From the IMG/VR virus record IMGVR_UViG_3300040946_000488: 64,000 nucleotides of DNA. One strand, written 5' to 3'. Below are positions 20,312 to 30,570 of this stretch, in pieces. The position numbers and the translations under genes were made by a program. The DNA is from an uncultured virus (IMG/VR IMGVR_UViG_3300040946_000488). Taxonomy: Duplodnaviria; Heunggongvirae; Uroviricota; Caudoviricetes. A model generated the notes under the pieces. The model worked only from the letters and a program-made list of their open reading frames with translations, was not told the DNA's origin and did not search any database. Numbering within the stretch: the first letter of the stretch is position 1; the number at the start of each line of letters is the position of its first letter.

Positions 20312-21002
20312 CGTGATGTCGTCCTGGGCATGGATCACGTCACCAACCTGAATTTTTGTCCGGGAGGGAGCGAGATCATTGGACCGGACGGGCACCTGAG
20401 CCTGGCGATCTTCTTCCATCCCTGGTCCCGATCGATCGACCACAAGCGGACATTGCCGGCCCCGCTCCCTATCCACTGGAGGGCATGTTCTCTTGCCTTG
20501 GCGACGTTGCTCCAGCCCTCGACGACCCGATTCCCATTCCGGAAGCAATAGGTGAGCATGTATTTCGGGAAGGGCATCATGGCCGGACTGTCATGATCCC
20601 TGGGGCGGATACCACCAGCGGGTGCATACGGTCGTCCAGCCCCCGTCGGGCCTGACCTGGCCACAGTGGCGGCACACTTTCGGCTGTCCAAGGCATCTCC
20701 AATCTTCTTCGTGCTGCCCATATATCAATACGGGCATCGGCACCGTGGGAGGCGTCCAGTAGGGGAACAGCCTCAAGTGATCGGCGAGGGGCTGGCAGGC
20801 GATCATGTCATTTTCTCGATCGTCGGATCGATTTGATCGACATCCATCCGCCCCGGACCATGTCGGCCCGGATGCCCGATGGGGTACTGTTCGACGAGAT
20901 CGCCTAGCTTATCGAAGTAGCAATCGTCGCAGAGCGATCCCTCGTCCGTCATGTGGACTCCTGTCAGGCAGGGATGAATCTCGATGCCGCATCCTAGGCA
21001 GA

Positions 21003-21773
21003 TCACAGGATGACCTGGGCCAGCGCCGCCTGCAATGCCGCCCCGTCGACGCCCGCGGGGCACTTGTTGCCCATCAGCGTTTCCCAGGTGTCGGTCGAGA
21101 TGAGGGCGTAGCCCTCCTCGGCATATGCCTCGAAGGCCGGGATGGTGACGGGCATGTTCTCTTGCCAGGTCTTGGCTCCCAGGAGCCTGGGCGAGCAGGC
21201 AGGCACGTGCGTGGCGTGTCCACCCCAAGACCCAGGCGCCCAGTTGCCCGTCAAGATCCCGGAAGGCGACACGTCCCACTCGTCCGCACCCTGCCATGCC
21301 AGGGGCAGCGACCACCCGATCCACAGCCCCCCGAACAGGTACATGGCCGCGGCCACGAGATCCATCCTCTTGAGATCCACGGCCGCGAAGGCGGCGATCT
21401 CGTGGTTGAAGATGGGTTTCGTCCTCCAGGCGGTGGCCACGTCGAGCATGTTGGCTCCCTGGTCGGTGGATGGATCTCCCTGGACGAACCCGGTGAAGGC
21501 ACCATAGGCGGCCAGGGCGTCGGCCGCGGTCGCAATCAATTCGGAGGAAGTGTTGCCGCTCCAGGTCCCGATGTGGTGGCATGCCGAGACGAACACGCAG
21601 TCGCCATAATCATCATTGCCGTCCATCCCATAGACCAATGGCATCCCTGCCACCATGGACCAGTCGAAGGCGGCGGGTGGCGCCGGCAGGACCGAGAGGT
21701 TCAGGAAGTCATGGATCTGGAGGGTCTTCGCCTTGATCTTCCTCGCATTTTTGCCGAGCCTGTAGATCTTCAT
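21003..21773 (-). CDS. papain-like cysteine peptidase
   Basis: GNDDYGDCV (Cys), GGHA (His), TW; AGGAG RBS. Confidence 0.7.
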   Translation of the reverse strand: MKIYRLGKNARKIKAKTLQIHDFLNLSVLPAPPAAFDWSMVAGMPLVYGMDGNDDYGDCVFVSACHHIGTWSGNTSSELIATAADALAAYGAFTGFVQGDPSTDQGANMLDVATAWRTKPIFNHEIAAFAAVDLKRMDLVAAAMYLFGGLWIGWSLPLAWQGADEWDVSPSGILTGNWAPGSWGGHATHVPACSPRLLGAKTWQENMPVTIPAFEAYAEEGYALISTDTWETLMGNKCPAGVDGAALQAALAQVIL

Positions 21774-22099
21774 GTTTGCTCCTGATGGTAGATGCCCTCG
21801 GCGCCGCCATGCCCCTGGGCACAAGTGCTGCCGCCTGGCGAGGTGAACTGTCTGCAATCGCAGATGGAGCAGAAAGTATCGAGCCACTCGGCCTTGAAGT
21901 CAGGCGATCGTCCCCGTGCGATCTCGGCGTCCACGTAGTCGGCCACCTTCTCGAATGCCTTGTCCAGGAAGATCGCCGCCTCGGTCAGCAGGGAATCGCA
22001 CCCCGATCTCTCCACGGCCGTCGAGGCGGCTTTGATGGCTTTCTCTGCGGGCGTCCATCTGTCCACGTAGCAGCGGCGAGTGATTGACGGTACCGTCAT
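21770..22099 (-). CDS. hypothetical phage protein
   Basis: RR..DRWTPAEKAI...AVE...LLTEA; ATGA coupling. Confidence 0.6.
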   Translation of the reverse strand: MTVPSITRRCYVDRWTPAEKAIKAASTAVERSGCDSLLTEAAIFLDKAFEKVADYVDAEIARGRSPDFKAEWLDTFCSICDCRQFTSPGGSTCAQGHGGAEGIYHQEQT

Positions 22100-22295
22100 C
22101 GAGATTTTCCTCGTCCCTGGAGGGTCACGGCTGCCTGGAGGGCATGGATCAGTGCCTCTGCCTCCGGGATGGTCATGGGCACCCTCACCACTGCCTCGTC
22201 TCGGACAGTGACGAGGATATCCACCTGCACTGGGATCTCCACTTCGACCTGGGTCTTCATGCTGGTCAGGGAATGGGCGATCGTCGACGAGAATG

Positions 22296-22679
22296 TCACT
22301 TGAACCCCAGTGCCTCGGTGGTGATGAAGGCATCGGCATTGGCCTTGACGGTGGCCTGCTCGGGCGTCGCCGACCCGTCGTTCACGGCTGCCGTGCAGGA
22401 CTGGTCCAGATCTCGGGCCCCGCAGGCCACCGTGGCGATGTCGTATAAATTGCCTACGAGGCTGATCAGGCATGAGGTAGCCGTGGCCGAGGCCAGGCAG
22501 GCCGTCACGAGGGGGGCGGCCGACGTCCGCTGCGCCGCCACGATATCGGCATGGCAATCCAGGATCTGGCCGTAGAAGATGTCCGGCGTGGGAGATGGGC
22601 CCGGCACCGGCGTGGGCGTGGGCAGGGCGCAGCCGGAGGACAGCAATACGGCAAGGACGATGCGACGAAGCATGTTCAC
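22296..22679 (-). CDS. Cys-rich lipoprotein
   Basis: Lipobox SSGC, PTPTP linker. Confidence 0.7.
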   Translation of the reverse strand: MNMLRRIVLAVLLSSGCALPTPTPVPGPSPTPDIFYGQILDCHADIVAAQRTSAAPLVTACLASATATSCLISLVGNLYDIATVACGARDLDQSCTAAVNDGSATPEQATVKANADAFITTEALGFK

Positions 22680-22836
22680 TCCTCCATGTACAGGCGCCTG
22701 GCATGGGAGAAATCAGCCTGGCTGGCTGCCGGCCGGCCCCCGGACCAGATCATGTCACGATGGGAGACTGGCTCGTGCCGGTGGCATCCCAGGCAAGCCC
22801 AGGATGCCGCCAACCAAGCAACCAGGACGACCAGGA

Positions 22837-23235
22837 CTATGGCTTGAAGGCGATCCTCTGTGTCTTGAGCCACGCCGAGGCTTTCTCCCGGACGTCAGGC
22901 GTCGCGAGGGATGCGTACTTGCTGCCAGATGCGGGCGTCGCCAGGGCGGCCACGATGCACGCGACGTCGGCGTACCCCACGCTCACGAGGGCCGGGATGC
23001 CGGCCAGGCATATCGCGACGTTGCCCCCACTGGTGAGGCAGCCCATGACGGCGCCTTCGAGCTGGGTGCAGGACGTGCTGGTGGGGGACGTGGTGCAGGT
23101 GGTCTCGGTGCAGGTGATGATCGCGTTGGTCACCTGGCCGGGCGTGGGGGTCTTGCCCCCGCAGCCGGGCGCGAAGGCCAAGAGCAAGACGGGAATCAGG
23201 ATGGCGAAGGAAAGCAAGCTCGACAGTCTCTTCAT
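22837..23235 (-). CDS. Cys-rich lipoprotein, similar to 22296-22679
   Basis: Lipobox APGC, TPTP, V..CL...C...LV...VAC pattern. Confidence 0.7.
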   Translation of the reverse strand: MKRLSSLLSFAILIPVLLLAFAPGCGGKTPTPGQVTNAIITCTETTCTTSPTSTSCTQLEGAVMGCLTSGGNVAICLAGIPALVSVGYADVACIVAALATPASGSKYASLATPDVREKASAWLKTQRIAFKP

Positions 23236-23297
23236 GTGCGTTCTCCTCATGTGGTCCGGGCGACAGCCTACACCATCTCGTCGCGTCATATCGAAGA

Positions 23298-23322
23298 AAA
23301 AATCAAGGGGATCTTGATTTTT
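23298..23322. repeat. perfect 10-bp inverted repeat
   Basis: AAAAATCAAG-gggat-CTTGATTTTT. Confidence 0.7.
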
Positions 23323-24130
23323 GGTGTATCGTCTCTCTCGTGGCCACATAGATCCCAATCGTCTCCGCGCCCACGGGTCCCGAGATCTCGACCCCCGGCC
23401 CGACGATGGGGGGATCGAAGATGCCAGGATCTCCCTGGCCCACGATCTTGATGGGCACGTCCAGGTGCCTCGCCACCTGGCAGGCCAGCTGAACCCCCTT
23501 GGCCCCTATGATCCGGCACAGGCACAGGAAGTAGTCGCCCTTCTCCTTCGTCGGCACGACGGGCCCGAACAGATCGGAATCGAAGGCATTCGGGATAACG
23601 ACATGGTACCAGGTGTCGCCCCCCGCGGCGTTGGCCTTGCCCAGGTGGAAGTGCATCCAGGCATAGCTCTCGTAGACCCTGTAGTTGGCGAAGACGTTGG
23701 GGTACCCGATCCCGGATTCCACGATGTATTGTGAGAGACCGTCGACGGCCCGGAACTGTACCCCTCCCCAGGGGATGCAGACGATGGCGTCCCAGTCCTT
23801 CTGGCAGCGCTCCACGATGGCGGCCCGGGCGCGGTGCTCGAACACGGCCATGTAGCGGGCGTAGATCCCGTTCTCCGCGATCTCGTAGAACTCGGTCCTC
23901 TTGCGGGCGCCGTACAGTTCCTGCCACATCTTGTGGGGCCCGACGTCGACGTGCTCCGTGCAGATCGGCTCGGAGCCCTCCGTGCCCAGGTGGATGACCT
24001 CGTGTCCCCTCTCGTGCATCATCCTGCACAGGTTCCATACCTTCGTGGTGTAGGCGCAGGTCGTGAAGGCATCTTCCCTGCGGGGATCCAGGGTCTTGGT
24101 GTGGGGCAGGCCGATGACGATGATCTTCAT
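23303..24130 (-). pseudogene. GT4 glycosyltransferase, C-terminally truncated
   Basis: GHEVIHLG, VIPN, RIIGAKG; stops before the ExFG..E donor motif. Confidence 0.65.
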
Positions 24131-24196
24131 GGCCGGCACCCTACCCCAACGGATAGGGACCAATGAATTTTATTTGAGTCGGCATGGCGCCGACGG

Positions 24197-25312
24197 TCAG
24201 ACGTTGCGGGATCCAGGTTTCGTCGATTTCTTGGGAGCCGGCATCCCCAACAATTTCCTGGCTCCCGCCAGATCGGGCAGGGAGACATTGAACCGGCCCG
24301 TCTCGTCGGCAATCCTGATCGCAGACTCCAGGTCGTCTTCCCATCCGTCCTGCCCCATCTCGTGCCCAAGCAAGCCGAGGCCGAGCCAGGAGGCAGCCAT
24401 GCGCGGATGGATCTCGATGGATGCCCGGTAGGCCGACAGTGCCCCATCGAGGTCCCCGGCAGACTGGCGAGCCCTCGCGACGTCCTTGTGCCACAGGGCA
24501 GCGTCTTCGCGGCGGGACGCGAAAACATCACGGACCAGATCGAACATCTCTAGCGCGAACATGGGATCCACGCCAATGGCCTCGTTCCCCAGGTCGTACA
24601 GGGACGGTGGCTCCAGGTCCCCTCCCCTGGCGACCAGGCGCTCACGCGCGGCCAGCAGGACCTTGAGGTTGCGGTGAGCGATGCGCACGCCCATGCCGGC
24701 AGAGTCGCGCCAGTCCCGGAATCGCAGCCCCGCGGCCGAGATGAGCCAGTTGCCGTCCCTGCGCCCGGACAGCCGCTCGTGCAGCGGGAGGTGGAAGCGG
24801 ACGGACGGCTTGTTCCGCCAGAGGCGATCTTGGTAAGTGACGATCTCCAGGCATGAATCCTGGCCCACGATCTCGTAGGGACATACCAGGTAGTCGATGC
24901 CGGGCCGGGCTGCAAGACGATGGACAGCCTTCGCCAATCCGTCGGGATCCAGGCACTCGTCGTCCGCGTCGAGCTTCAGGATCCAGTCCCCGTGGCACGC
25001 CCCCAGGCCGCGATTGCGGGCGTCCGCCCAGTCCCGCAAGATCGGGAGCCCCGTGGATGGGCCAGGGATTGCCCGTCCCCAGGACGCGGGCTCGTCCCGG
25101 AAGTACAGCTCAGGGTGGGCGGGAGGGTGGAGGGAAACGCAATGAAACCCAATCCCAAGTTCGTCGGCCAGGCATCTCGCGATCTCGGGAGTGCCGTCGC
25201 TGGAGCCAGTGTCCACGATGCAGATCTCGTTGGCAGCGGAGGCCACCGAGCGCAGTGCCCGCTCGATGACGCTGGCCGCATTGAGCACCATCATGTGGAC
25301 GGACAGCCTCAT
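24197..25312 (-). CDS. GT2 glycosyltransferase with TPR C-terminus
   Basis: VDTGSSDGT, ARN, LDADD, LHE; TPR helices. Confidence 0.85.
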   Translation of the reverse strand: MRLSVHMMVLNAASVIERALRSVASAANEICIVDTGSSDGTPEIARCLADELGIGFHCVSLHPPAHPELYFRDEPASWGRAIPGPSTGLPILRDWADARNRGLGACHGDWILKLDADDECLDPDGLAKAVHRLAARPGIDYLVCPYEIVGQDSCLEIVTYQDRLWRNKPSVRFHLPLHERLSGRRDGNWLISAAGLRFRDWRDSAGMGVRIAHRNLKVLLAARERLVARGGDLEPPSLYDLGNEAIGVDPMFALEMFDLVRDVFASRREDAALWHKDVARARQSAGDLDGALSAYRASIEIHPRMAASWLGLGLLGHEMGQDGWEDDLESAIRIADETGRFNVSLPDLAGARKLLGMPAPKKSTKPGSRNV

Positions 25313-25341
25313 GCCGGTCGGCCCATCCCAGTCCAATTCAG

Positions 25342-26114
25342 CATGCCTATCCGGTTGACGCCCCTGATGTCCATATTACTTCCGAAGAGCCTCTTCCATT
25401 TACCCCCGGCTTTAACAATGCAAAGGACCTAAAAGGGAGCCACTTAGCGCCCTCGTTCTCACAGACAATCACATCGCCTTGTCTAGTTCGGCACCAAGCG
25501 CCAAGGTGTGCATAATCAAGGTCCCGTGGCCCATTGGGGTAGTATGCGCCAGCTCTGTTGTTATAGGGAGGATCGATGAACCACGTGGCCGCAACATCTG
25601 GAGACTTCGAGTAGTCGCCTTGAATCACCTTCCAATGTCGTATTGCACCTACCTGGCTAGCGACGCGCTCCCTTGTGGCTTCTGTCCAACCCTCAAATTT
25701 GCGACCCATTTTGGCTAGTCGAATTCTTCCGATACTCAAGCTTTTCCGAGGGTTTACAGTTGCACTATTGAACCACCATCCGACTAGATTTCTAGCCGAG
25801 TATGGAACCCAAGCAGGTAAGTCATCAATGTCTATTACATTGGCGGGAATGCTTCGTATCTCGGCCTCGGAAACGCCGATCAGATAGGTCCACAGATCGG
25901 CGACAATGGGGTTCTTTTCCACCAAGATCACCTGCCGTTCTGGGTATCTAAGACTGTACCCGGCAGCTCCGGCAAAGGGTTCTACGATTATGGGCATGAG
26001 AGGCTTTGGATATCTCGGAGCGGCTCTGTATTTGCCTCCGTAGTATCGCCAGAACGGTTTCAAGGTCATTTAATCCCTATCGAGTTGGTGGAGTGAGTGA
26101 ACCGAATAAGCATG
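25342..26114. mobile_element. non-autonomous IS1595-type cassette carrying a DNA methyltransferase
   Basis: Ends CATGCCTATCCGGTTGA / TGAACCGAATAAGCATG shared with 39905-40158; low GC; degenerate flanks. Confidence 0.75.
25347..26069 (-). CDS. DNA adenine methyltransferase (D12/Dam-like)
   Basis: YYGGK, VEPFAG, FIDPPY. Confidence 0.9.
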   Translation of the reverse strand: MTLKPFWRYYGGKYRAAPRYPKPLMPIIVEPFAGAAGYSLRYPERQVILVEKNPIVADLWTYLIGVSEAEIRSIPANVIDIDDLPAWVPYSARNLVGWWFNSATVNPRKSLSIGRIRLAKMGRKFEGWTEATRERVASQVGAIRHWKVIQGDYSKSPDVAATWFIDPPYNNRAGAYYPNGPRDLDYAHLGAWCRTRQGDVIVCENEGAKWLPFRSFALLKPGVNGRGSSEVIWTSGASTG

Positions 26115-26134
26115 CCATTCCTCTCTGCCGAGGA

Positions 26135-26518
26135 CTACAGTCCTGCCACGCTCACCACCGTCCCCCTCGGCCCTATCCTGGGATTGCTCACGGCCTCGAT
26201 GAACTTCTCCGTCACCATGCCTGGATCGTCAGCCCCCTCCGGCCCTCCCCGATCCCAGCCCGTGATCCAACCTCCCTCTATGAAGCCGCGCACGTCCAGG
26301 CGCCAAAATGGATTCCTGGCACAGTCTTCCATCCAGATCGATCTAGGAATCCAGTCGATTATCTGTTTCCTGCTCACGGGAGCCCAGTCAGCCAGCTTGT
26401 TGTCCCAATGGTACAGGACGATGCACGCGGCCACGTTCTCCAGCTCCGCCCTGCCCAGCGTGGCGATGCATGTGGCAGGAGACTGCACCCTGATCTGTCC
26501 GGGCTTCAGCCTTTCCAT
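26135..26518 (-). CDS. hypothetical protein
   Basis: AGGAGG RBS. Confidence 0.6.
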   Translation of the reverse strand: MERLKPGQIRVQSPATCIATLGRAELENVAACIVLYHWDNKLADWAPVSRKQIIDWIPRSIWMEDCARNPFWRLDVRGFIEGGWITGWDRGGPEGADDPGMVTEKFIEAVSNPRIGPRGTVVSVAGL

Positions 26519-27244
26519 CTCGCCTCCTGGGTGAGCATCCGCAATGAGAATTGGCCGGCGCCGGGAAAATCATGCTTGAGGGCATCGGATGCTCCCCGGC
26601 GGGTCACGGGCTTCATGAAATACAGCATGGTCCAGGGATGCTCTGGCGGCCAGTGGAGGAACCGATACTTCCATACCAGGCTTTTCGGCTGGTGGGCCGG
26701 CATGACACGTGCTTTCATTGATCGATCCCTGGAATCCTGAACCCGAAGGCAAGTCACGCTGATGGATGCCTGATTTTCTCCCACGACGACATTCCTCCCT
26801 GCCAACTCGCGGCTCGCGAAGGTGCCTGGCGGAGATCGGTGGCTTTTCAGGCTATCGCATATCCAATTTTTCAATGTGCATGGACGGGGCATGCCGGCAT
26901 TTCCCTCGTACAAGATCTCGACCTCGAACCTGAACGCCTTCTTCTTGTTCGTCATCGTGGATTGCTCCCCATCTTTCCCGCCAGTCGTCGGCTCATGACT
27001 TCAGACCGTCCATTGGAGGTCAGCGACCAGATCCACCTGCCCTTCCCGTGGGACGCTCGCACGAAGTCGACCTGGGCAAGCCCACGCCTCCGCAGGGCGT
27101 GCAGGGTCCTGCCTCCCTCGCGGGCAGAGGTCTGCCAGCCGTAGGCACTCTGTCGTTGGGTGATGGCCGAGCCTATGGAGGTGCAGGTATGCTCGCCTGG
27201 CCGGGCCAGCCTGCCTAAGGCAATCTCCTGTGGCAGGGACAGCT

Positions 27245-27592
27245 TCATGTTTTCCCTTGGTCCCCGGCTTTCCTGGAAATCACGATCATGATCCCGGAAC
27301 CGTTCTTCAGTTCCAGGACGGGCCAGCCATCCTTGCCCTTGCTGCTCGGGCGATCTTTGTCCGCCAGGAGATTAAGTTCGGTCACCATGATGGCCAGGTG
27401 GCGTGACACTTCCACTGCTTCCTCGGCATCGCGGCACGTGATCTTGAAGAGCGCTCCTCCATTGAACTTGGAGCTGGCAATGGCCCTGGCAGCCGCCACC
27501 TTGCAGGGAGACTGGCCTGCCATGAACCTGTCGATCCAGGCGTCCGTGATGTCCATCGGGATCATCAGGTCTTGTGAGAATGAATCCATCAT
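27245..27592 (-). CDS. hypothetical protein
   Basis: Coupled ORF, high GC3. Confidence 0.55.
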   Translation of the reverse strand: MMDSFSQDLMIPMDITDAWIDRFMAGQSPCKVAAARAIASSKFNGGALFKITCRDAEEAVEVSRHLAIMVTELNLLADKDRPSSKGKDGWPVLELKNGSGIMIVISRKAGDQGKT

Positions 27593-27598
27593 CGAACC

Positions 27599-27931
27599 CT
27601 AACCATCGTATCCCCCTGCGGGGACTGCGGGCCTACCCACCCCACCCCCACCACCCGCGCTTCGCGCGCCCTTGCCAAAAACCTGGCCGTATGGACGATC
27701 AGTACCGGGAGCCGATTGAAGCTTCAATCCGAGCAATGCCAACCGGACCTTGACGGCGTCCGACGAATTGGATTCCAGCGTGGCAATCACCGGCCTGACG
27801 ATCTCATCCACCCGGGCATCCGCGAAAGCCATGATTAGTTCCTTCAAGGATCCCAGGCTCGCCATGTCGTGCTGCCTCAACTCGTATTCCAGCGCCTTCC
27901 AAGCTTCTTCTTTGGTATGGGGCATGGTCAA
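27599..27931 (-). CDS. hypothetical protein with in-frame element near C-terminus
   Basis: ...VFG|KGARSAGGGGGVGRPAVPAGG|YDG*. Confidence 0.65.
   Translation of the reverse strand: MTMPHTKEEAWKALEYELRQHDMASLGSLKELIMAFADARVDEIVRPVIATLESNSSDAVKVRLALLGLKLQSAPGTDRPYGQVFGKGARSAGGGGGVGRPAVPAGGYDG
27612..27674 (-). repeat. 63-bp element copy A
   Basis: ccccctgcggggactgcgggcc...cgcgcttcgcgcgcccttg. Confidence 0.95.
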
Positions 27932-28359
27932 TTTTCCTTTCCCCCTGCGGGGACTGCGGGCCTACCCACCCCACCTCCCCCACCCGCGCTTCGCGCGCCC
28001 TTGTCTCCCACTTTCGCGATCTGGGCAGCGCTTTCCCTCTTCTCCGCCATGATCCGGTCCGCCGCCATGATCATCTCCTTGGGCAGCAAGTAAGCTGCGC
28101 ACGTGGGACAGAGGGGACAGATCGCCATGCCAGGATTCGGCCCAGGGGTCACGCTGGTCATGATGCCAGGACGAAGATTGCAGACGGATGCGTACCATCC
28201 CGCCTGGCCCAGGGCATCGGTCAGGGCATCGGCATCGGCCACGCAGTCGAAAGACAGGACGAGCGAATTCTTGCAATTCGTCGGCTTGGCATCCACGGCC
28301 CCCACGCAGGCGATCCTGAGCGCGAAGGACAGCTTCTCGTCGTCATCGGCCATCGTCAT
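27928..28359 (-). CDS. hypothetical protein with in-frame element near C-terminus
   Basis: ...VGD|KGARSAGGGGGVGRPAVPAGG|KEN*; CPLCPTC. Confidence 0.65.
   Translation of the reverse strand: MTMADDDEKLSFALRIACVGAVDAKPTNCKNSLVLSFDCVADADALTDALGQAGWYASVCNLRPGIMTSVTPGPNPGMAICPLCPTCAAYLLPKEMIMAADRIMAEKRESAAQIAKVGDKGARSAGGGGGVGRPAVPAGGKEN
27941..28003 (-). repeat. 63-bp element copy B
   Basis: Near-identical to copy A. Confidence 0.95.
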
Positions 28360-28627
28360 CCTCCGATCCGGCCCTTGCCACGGACTCCATGAACGTGGCC
28401 ATGCTTCGCACGGCCTCGTCGTGCCTGCCACCCCCACCACCCCCACCCTCGCTTCGCTCGCCCTCGCTAGCCACGTCCGAGGAGGACGATGAGGGGGCAT
28501 GGGGAATCGCTGGGGGCTGGGACAGGTCCCGCAGCCGGGCATGGCGCCTCATCTCGTAGTCGAATATCGCCACTCCCTGATCCCGGTTCCCCGAGGCCAG
28601 CCGGATCCATGAATCTTCCCCGGTCAT
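28343..28627 (-). CDS. hypothetical protein with partial element
   Basis: Contains EGERSEGGGGGGGR. Confidence 0.5.
   Translation of the reverse strand: MTGEDSWIRLASGNRDQGVAIFDYEMRRHARLRDLSQPPAIPHAPSSSSSDVASEGERSEGGGGGGGRHDEAVRSMATFMESVARAGSEDDDGR
28423..28466 (-). repeat. truncated element copy C (hairpin 1 plus G tract)
   Basis: ccacccccaccacccccaccctcgcttcgctcgccctcg matches the unit at 38585. Confidence 0.85.
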
Positions 28628-28837
28628 CCGATCTTGTCTCCCGGGGGACCGCCAGGGCAGGATCCGGCGAGACCCACCGTCCCCTGGGGAGGGCCAATAT
28701 GGGGCGTGGCTCCCTGGGGCGAGAGGGGATCGCTCGCGTCGGGCAAGGATGCCATCCGTTTGAGATCATCTTCGTGCAATGCCTTCAGGTGCCTCATCTC
28801 GTTTTCCTTCTTTTGAGCTTGTAGTGTACTTTCTCTT

Positions 28838-29299
28838 CTAATGCCTTTCATTTAACACTGCAACAAGCTTATGGATGGGACAATCTGCTCGAATCCCTGT
28901 TGGCGGACAAGTATAAAACGATTGCACAATCGTTTCCAGTTCAGCCTGGTGGGACAGGAGAGCCCTCACGGCCTCGCAGGCATCATTGTCCCACCGTGCC
29001 TCGACGCAGGTCCTCAATGCATCTTCGTCGTGCCTCTTGACGATAGACTCCAATAAGGTCCGAGCTTCATCATGATCTGCCTCGACCTTCCCGTCGCGCA
29101 GTCGGGTAGGATACTTGTATGGCCCTTCGCCCCTGGGCAGCATGGCGATGCGCGGCCCAGCCATGCCCGGGTGCCGGGGAATGTTGGTCCTCATGCGATC
29201 ATGGTCGAGGATTCCCTGGCCGTCCACGCAGCAGGTCTCCACGTAGGCCAGCAGGGAGAAGTGATCTTTACCCCATTCGTTCATCGGCACGAACCTCAT
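28838..29299 (-). CDS. conserved phage hypothetical protein
   Basis: WGKDHFSLLAYVET..VD, YPTRL, DHD. Confidence 0.6.
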   Translation of the reverse strand: MRFVPMNEWGKDHFSLLAYVETCCVDGQGILDHDRMRTNIPRHPGMAGPRIAMLPRGEGPYKYPTRLRDGKVEADHDEARTLLESIVKRHDEDALRTCVEARWDNDACEAVRALLSHQAELETIVQSFYTCPPTGIRADCPIHKLVAVLNERH

Positions 29300-29311
29300 G
29301 TTGGTTCCTTG

Positions 29312-29842
29312 TTAATTTGCCTGGGAAGATATGACTGAGTTACCGGGATCGGGTGCCCTGAAGCCGACGAGCGTGATCAAGTCCTCCACCTGTGCCTTCG
29401 CCAGCCTCATGAAAGATTCCCTGGCGGCCAGCAAGCGGGAGAGCATGACGACATTGTTCTGGAGGACCTGCACCACGGACAGGCTATCGCAGGCATCCAC
29501 CTCCGACAACTTCCTCGCGCGGGCCTCCGCGGCCTGCGAGAGCACCCTGCGCTCCGCCATCTCTGCCAGTTCTCCCTCGCCCATGGGTTCGGAGTCCTTC
29601 TTCCGGCGATCTATCGAGATCATGTCGTCCATCCTCCCGATGAGGAATCGCAGGATCATTGCCTGGTGGGGAACGGATACGCAGTTACCGACGATGGCGA
29701 CTGTCATCCTGAGGAAGCCATCGAGCTGGCCGAGCATCAGCGCCTGCTCCGACTCCGGCAGTCCGAGCTTCCCGACCTCGTCCCTCTGTCGGACGTCCCT
29801 GTCGGCGATCATCTTCTTCACCAATTCCATGTCGATGGCCAT
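29312..29842 (-). CDS. hypothetical helical protein
   Basis: AAGGAG RBS. Confidence 0.65.
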   Translation of the reverse strand: MAIDMELVKKMIADRDVRQRDEVGKLGLPESEQALMLGQLDGFLRMTVAIVGNCVSVPHQAMILRFLIGRMDDMISIDRRKKDSEPMGEGELAEMAERRVLSQAAEARARKLSEVDACDSLSVVQVLQNNVVMLSRLLAARESFMRLAKAQVEDLITLVGFRAPDPGNSVISSQAN

Positions 29843-30570
29843 GATCTGTCTCCTTGTCGGCGATTACCTTCGTCACCAATTCGATCTCACACGCGCTTTG
29901 CGCTCTTCCCTTCACGTCGATTTCTTCGACGGCGGCTTGAGTCTCGGGAAGTCGACGTCCACCACTTCGATGGTGCCCGAATTCAGGATGTCGTCTACAT
30001 CGACAGGTATCCCCGTGGCTTGCTCGAAGTAATCCAGATCCATCGGACAGTACAGGTCTTCCAGTGTCTTTCGCTTCTCGTCCGGGACTTCGATCGTCAG
30101 CATGGCATGCAAGGCTACATCAATGTGGATCTTCATCGTTCACTTCCCCAGGGACCATCCTGGCTGACGGGGTCATCTTGGGACGATGCCTCGATGCATA
30201 GGCGGAATGCCTCGTCGAGTGCCTTCATCCCCTCCTCGAAGCCATTGGGGTCGCGATCGTTCCCGTGGGCTGCAGTGGCCTTCCCTATGAGGTCTTGCAG
30301 CCGGCCTATCACGATGAGCAGATCGCGTCTCGTCGGCTTGCGTTTCATCGAGATCTCCTGACGGCTTTCCCTGCTTTCTCCAGCGACCCGAACACTTCGC
30401 ACGTCTCGGCGTCGATCGAATGGAATGATTCGTTTCGATGGATATACAACCGTGGATCATGTGCCCATGCCCATCTTGGGAGGGGAGCCTCGCATGTCCC
30501 CTCGTCGGTCCCAAGGAATCTCTGTTTCCAGTGCCGGCACTGTCCACATTGACGGCCCTTCATGGGGGAC

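Noticed and set aside
28640..28745. Degenerate element in the 28624-28851 ORF
   Set aside because: Only short matches (GTCCCC..GGGG); no gap-free alignment or hairpin 1
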